A stretch of DNA of 64,000 nt from Halorutilales archaeon Cl-col2-1 (GTDB taxonomy: Archaea > Halobacteriota > Halobacteria > Halobacteriales > Afararchaeaceae): NCBI GenBank assembly GCA_041891055.1, contig CP169074.1:736001-800000 (forward strand), given 5' to 3'. The notes beneath the pieces were generated by a model that ran no database searches, was not told the DNA's origin, and saw only the letters and a list, made by a program, of their open reading frames with translations. Position numbers and translations under genes: made by a program. Positions 59,851 through 64,000 of the stretch are shown in pieces; the first letter of the stretch is position 1, and the number at the start of each line of letters is the position of its first letter.

Positions 59851-62265
59851 TCACCGAGTATCAAGCGCGTCGGCGACCTCGACCGCCCTCACGGTCTCCT
59901 TCACGTCGTGTACTCGGAGTATGTCGGCTCCCCTGAGGGACGCGACGACGTTCGCGGCTAAGCTGGCTTCGAGACGTTCCTCCTTCGGGAGGTCGGTGAC
60001 TCCACGCAAGAACGACTTCCTCGAACAGCCGATCAGAACCGGATAGCCGAGTGACGCGAACTCGTCGGTGCGCGCGAGAACCTCGGCGTCGCCTTCCTTT
60101 CCTTTCCCGAATCCTATACCCGGATCGAGTATTATCTGTTCGTCGTCTATCCCCGAACGCCGTGCCTGTATGACCTTCTCCGAGAGACGGTCTATGACGT
60201 CGTAGACGACGTCGTCGTACTCCGGCTTTGTCCCGGGATCTACGGGTACGTTGACCGAGTCCATCACGACGACTCGGCAGCCTGTCTCGGCTACGACCTG
60301 CCTCATCCCGGGGTCGTCGAGCCCGGTGACATCGTTTACTATCTCGGCTCCCGCCTCGACAGCGCGCCGAGCGACCTCGGGATGTCTCGTGTCTACTGAT
60401 ATCGGAACGTCGACGTCTATCTCGTCGATCACGGGGACGACACGGTCAGCCTCCTCCTCGGGTGGCACGGGTTCGGCTCCGGGACGTGTCGACTCACCCC
60501 CTACGTCGATTATGTCGGCCCCTTCCTTGACTATCTCGTAAGCCCTCTCGACTGCGTCTTCCCTTGCGGCGTACCTTCCTCCGTCGTAGAACGAGTCGGG
60601 CGTGACGTTTAGTATTCCCATGACCTTCGTCTCCGAGTCGTCCTCACCTCTGTCTTCGAGAGCCGGGCTCAGTCTGTGACGGAGATATCCCAGGGTTCGG
60701 TCGTCTTGGGTTATCTTGTCGTACTCTGAGACCGAGGCGGTTAGACGTAGGTCGGTATAGGTCTGAGACCGTGTCTGTGCCCCGGAAGACGGTGACGAGA
60801 CGGAGGAGTGAGACGGCGACACCTCGGCGTCGGAGTCGGAGGCAGTCTGTCTGAGAGCCCTTTCCTCGTTAGGCGTTGTCTCTCTGAGTAAGACGGACGG
60901 ATGTACTGCGTCTCTCGCCTCGGAGATGTCTCGGATGACTCCGTCTGCGTCCTCGACCGAGTCGAAGACCCTCGAAGCCGTATTCGTCTTCCAGAGAGTC
61001 CTCGCCTCGCCGACTGTGAAGATAGATCCCGTCACGAGTACAGCGTCGTCGTCGCCGGCTGAGTCGACGGCTTGCCTGACAGCCTCACGTACGTCTCGGT
61101 GGACTTGTGACTCGACCCCGGCTTCGTCGAATACCTCGGCTACGACTGAGGCGTCCTCTGAACGAGAGGTCGACGGCTCACACGCATAGACACGCCGAGG
61201 CTCGGCTTCGGCTATCTCCGACACGGTTCGGCGTAAGTCCTTGTCCGACATAACACCGAAGACGACGTCGAGGCTCTCGTACTCCAGTGTCTCTTTCGCC
61301 TCTTCGAGTGTCTCGACTGCTGCCTCCGCACCCGCGGGGTTGTGTGCGGACTCAAGTACAACGACGGGGTCGTACTCTACCGCCTCGAAACGTCCGGGCC
61401 AGTCGGCGCGTTCGAGTCCCTGCCTGACCGCGTCGTCGGAGACACCGAGACGGTCGAGGAGACCTAAAGCGACCGCGGCATTCCTCGACTGGTGTTCGCC
61501 CGCTAAGGGTAGACTGACGTCTTCGAGCCGTCTGCGCGAGGATTCGAGACTCAAGGTCTGACGCAGACGTCTGTCGATCTCTCCCGGCTCATATCCGAGA
61601 TCCTTGTCGACGACGCTCAGGCTCGCGTCTCTGTCGTCAGCCATCTCACGTATGACACCGAGCGGATCACCCCGCGCTCCCGTCGAACAGAAGCCGTCCT
61701 CGGGTATTATGTGTCCTATCTCCCACGCTATCTCTTGGGTGTCGTCTCCGAGAACGTCTGTGTGTTCGAGAGACACGGAGGTTACAGCCGCGGCGTCGGC
61801 GTTACACAGGCTCGTGATGTCGTATCTCCCGCCGAGACCCACCTCTAAGACTGCGTAGTCGAGGTCTCTCCTTGCGAACTCGTAGAAAGCCATCACTGTC
61901 GTAGTCTCGAAGAATGTCGGAGCGTCGCCGTCTGCGACCATCTCGTCTACGAGTGGTCTGATCTCCTCGACGAACTCCGCCATAGCCGACTGTGTCATCT
62001 TCGTGCCGTTGATACGTATCCTCTCGCCGAGGTCGACCATATGTGGAGAGGTATAGAGACCGACGTCGTAGCCGTCACGCCGGAGACACGACTCGACCAT
62101 ACGTGCCGTACTTCCTTTCCCGTTCGTTCCCCCGATCTGTATACCGTCGACCTCCTCGTGGGGATCTCCAAGAGCTTCGAGGAGACGTTCCGCCCTCTCG
62201 AAGCCCTCCTTCATCCCGAACCTCCTGAGCCTGAATAGATACTCGATCGCCGCGTCGGGTTCCAT
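59851..62265 (-). CDS. folP: FolC-linker-FolP fusion (folylpolyglutamate synthase / dihydropteroate synthase)
   Basis: FolC GTNGKGS, YTSPH, EVGLGGRYD, WPGRFE; FolP MGILNVTPDSFYDGG, GGESTRPG, DPGIGFGK, SRKS, RVHDV. Confidence 0.94.
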   Translation of the reverse strand: MEPDAAIEYLFRLRRFGMKEGFERAERLLEALGDPHEEVDGIQIGGTNGKGSTARMVESCLRRDGYDVGLYTSPHMVDLGERIRINGTKMTQSAMAEFVEEIRPLVDEMVADGDAPTFFETTTVMAFYEFARRDLDYAVLEVGLGGRYDITSLCNADAAAVTSVSLEHTDVLGDDTQEIAWEIGHIIPEDGFCSTGARGDPLGVIREMADDRDASLSVVDKDLGYEPGEIDRRLRQTLSLESSRRRLEDVSLPLAGEHQSRNAAVALGLLDRLGVSDDAVRQGLERADWPGRFEAVEYDPVVVLESAHNPAGAEAAVETLEEAKETLEYESLDVVFGVMSDKDLRRTVSEIAEAEPRRVYACEPSTSRSEDASVVAEVFDEAGVESQVHRDVREAVRQAVDSAGDDDAVLVTGSIFTVGEARTLWKTNTASRVFDSVEDADGVIRDISEARDAVHPSVLLRETTPNEERALRQTASDSDAEVSPSHSSVSSPSSGAQTRSQTYTDLRLTASVSEYDKITQDDRTLGYLRHRLSPALEDRGEDDSETKVMGILNVTPDSFYDGGRYAAREDAVERAYEIVKEGADIIDVGGESTRPGAEPVPPEEEADRVVPVIDEIDVDVPISVDTRHPEVARRAVEAGAEIVNDVTGLDDPGMRQVVAETGCRVVVMDSVNVPVDPGTKPEYDDVVYDVIDRLSEKVIQARRSGIDDEQIILDPGIGFGKGKEGDAEVLARTDEFASLGYPVLIGCSRKSFLRGVTDLPKEERLEASLAANVVASLRGADILRVHDVKETVRAVEVADALDTR

Positions 62266-62383
62266 ACTCAGAAGAGGGTAGTCGTTGCTAAGGCAGTTAC
62301 GGTGTCGGTGTCAGTCTGAGTGTCGTCGTAGTCTCACGGATATACTACAACTGTATGATAAAATACAAAAATTATCGATCATA

Positions 62384-62514
62384 ACAGTAATTCGAGGCGG
62401 CCGGCATCGGCAGGCTATGGACGAGGTGATACCTCGACTCCTTGAGGGCTTCTCCAACCTGCCCACGAAAGGCCAAATTGCCGCCTCCGGGATCTCTGAC
62501 GATCCCTGTACTGT
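62384..62514. ncRNA. Candidate structured RNA in the folCP/purD divergent intergenic region
   Basis: Five to six complementary segment pairs, mostly nested (see findings); strand uncertain. Confidence 0.5.
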
Positions 62515-62637
62515 GTTGGAGACGTAGTCCCAAAAAGATGGGGATTAAGTTTCAGGATAGCATCATTTTAAATTATTAGGTATCGATACGTCTGCGTACA
62601 ACCACCAGATTGATTTAGGCGACAACGTATCTCGCGT

Positions 62638-63918
62638 ATGGACATACTCGTAGTCGGATCGGGCGGACGCGAGCACGCGATCACACGTGCAGTGTCGGAG
62701 TCCGAGAAGGACGTCAGTATCTACGCTGCTGTGACTAACAGGAATCCCGGGATAGAAGAACTCGCCGACGGCATAAGGGAGATCGAGACGGAAGATCCCG
62801 AGGCTGTCGCCGACTACGCCGAGGAGGTCGGTGCCGAGATCGCTGTCGTGGGACCCGAGTCACCGCTTCAGGCGGGAGTCGTCGACGCTCTTGAGGAGAG
62901 AGGTATCTACGGCTTCGGTCCCAGAAAGGAGGAAGCGCGCATAGAGACCGACAAGGCGTGGGCGCGTGAGTTCATGCGCCAAAACGGTATATCCGGCACA
63001 CCCGACTTCGCCGTCTTCTCAGACGTCGACGAGGCGTGTGACTACGTCGACGAGTACGACGGAGACCTGGCTGTGAAGCCTCGTGGACTCACCGGAGGAA
63101 AAGGTGTGAGGGTCACAGGAGACCAGATCACCAAGGAAGAGGCGAAGGAGTACATACGTGACTCGGGCTACGACGAGTTCGTCTTAGAGGAACGTCTCGT
63201 CGGAGAGGAGTTCACTCTCCAGGCTTTCGTAGCCGACGGCGAGGTACGTCCGACACCCGCCGTCCAGGATCACAAACGCGCCTACGAGGGCGACGAAGGA
63301 CCCAACACTGGTGGAATGGGAAGCTACAACGACGCGGGGTATCTCCTGCCTTTCATGACTCAGGAGGAGTACGACGACGCACTCTCTATAATAGAGGAGA
63401 CCGTCGACGCCCTCCCCGAGTATAAGGGGATACTCTACGGACAGTTCATGCTCACCTCGGAGGGTCCTAAGGTCGTCGAGTTCAACGCACGTTTCGGCGA
63501 CCCCGAGGCTATGAACGTACTCCCTATACTCGAAACCGACTTCGTCGATGTACTCGAAGGCGCGCGAGACGGTGACCTGCCTGAGGTCGAGTTCGAGAAG
63601 AAGGCGACTGTCTGTAAGTACGCCGTACCAGAGGGTTATCCCACGAACCCCGAGAGCGGCGCGCGTATAGAGATAGACGAGGGCGACACCGATGCACTCG
63701 TCTACTACGCGAGCGTCGACAAGAGGGACGACACACTCTACACCACGACCTCTAGGTCTCTCGGGGTCGTTGGCGTCGACGGGACGATAGAAGGAGCCGA
63801 GGAGATAGCCGAGGACGCCCTCTCGATACTCGGAGACGGACTCCGTGTGAGACACGACATAGGCAACTCCGAACTGATACAGAGACGTATCGACCACATG
63901 GAGAGTCTGAGACAGTAG
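62638..63918 (+). CDS. purD: Phosphoribosylamine--glycine ligase
   Basis: GSGGREHA, VGPE, GGKGV, QDHKRAYEGDEGPNTGGMG, EFNARFGDPE. Confidence 0.97.
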   Translation: MDILVVGSGGREHAITRAVSESEKDVSIYAAVTNRNPGIEELADGIREIETEDPEAVADYAEEVGAEIAVVGPESPLQAGVVDALEERGIYGFGPRKEEARIETDKAWAREFMRQNGISGTPDFAVFSDVDEACDYVDEYDGDLAVKPRGLTGGKGVRVTGDQITKEEAKEYIRDSGYDEFVLEERLVGEEFTLQAFVADGEVRPTPAVQDHKRAYEGDEGPNTGGMGSYNDAGYLLPFMTQEEYDDALSIIEETVDALPEYKGILYGQFMLTSEGPKVVEFNARFGDPEAMNVLPILETDFVDVLEGARDGDLPEVEFEKKATVCKYAVPEGYPTNPESGARIEIDEGDTDALVYYASVDKRDDTLYTTTSRSLGVVGVDGTIEGAEEIAEDALSILGDGLRVRHDIGNSELIQRRIDHMESLRQ

Positions 63919-63926
63919 AGAGAGTA

Positions 63927-64000
63927 ATGAGACGCACTCGGAGGTTCGAGACCCAGTACAACTCGCTGAGGTACTGGACGGAGGCACGACACCCCGTCAG
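63927..64000 (+). CDS. 5' fragment of a probable haloarchaeal hexapeptide-repeat acyltransferase
   Basis: MRRTRRFETQYNSLRYWTEARHP...; NSLxxWxxAxHP-like N-terminus, truncated by the window. Confidence 0.4.
   Translation, partial: MRRTRRFETQYNSLRYWTEARHPV

Noticed and set aside
62384-62514. Assignment of the structured element to ZTP, THF, fluoride or TPP riboswitch, hammerhead ribozyme, SRP or RNase P RNA
   Set aside because: Only fragments match (GCCGGCCGCC, CTGACGA, GAAA); the required consensus cores and their order are absent by eye
62285-62527. 80-aa ORF across the folCP/purD intergenic region
   Set aside because: TTG start, non-acidic composition, no motif; better explained as non-coding
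1-64000. Many long antisense or alternative-frame ORFs (for example 27340-28497, 52202-53110, 57577-58347)
   Set aside because: Ser/Arg/Val-rich shadows of GC-rich acidic genes, with no motifs
1-64000. Very frequent GTCGAC, CTCGAG and GACGAC words as a possible repeat system or CRISPR array
   Set aside because: Explained by Val-Asp, Leu-Glu and Asp-Asp codon pairs; no regularly spaced repeat-spacer array or cas genes seen

Overview
Gene-dense, GC-rich core-chromosome window from a halophilic archaeon. The proteome is very acidic. Ile-ATA and Arg-AGA/AGG/CGT codons are common and CTAG recurs, which suggests a deep-branching Halobacteria lineage such as Halorutilales (inference). Housekeeping content: carS, pyrE, dcd, phoU, ychF, tbp, PolD large subunit, valS, folD, eIF1A, RNA ligase, the eIF2gamma-PIN-rpoE1-spt4-DPCK-rps24e-rps27ae-kae1/bud32 superoperon, folC-folP, purD, tRNA-Thr(CGT) and tRNA-Ser(CGA). 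Mobile or accessory content: two LAGLIDADG inteins (in dcd, with an extra XRE HTH; in PolD, ending in Gln), a transposase-less IS200/IS605 (IS1341-type) element carrying an unannotated RHH gene plus tnpB with similarly built multi-hairpin ends, an RHH-RelE toxin-antitoxin pair inside the superoperon, and six sensor kinases with no response regulator in the window, one of them globin-coupled. The best unexplained signal is a ~130-nt nested, possibly switchable RNA structure between the divergent folCP and purD genes. All calls come from reading motifs by eye; no database searches were run.
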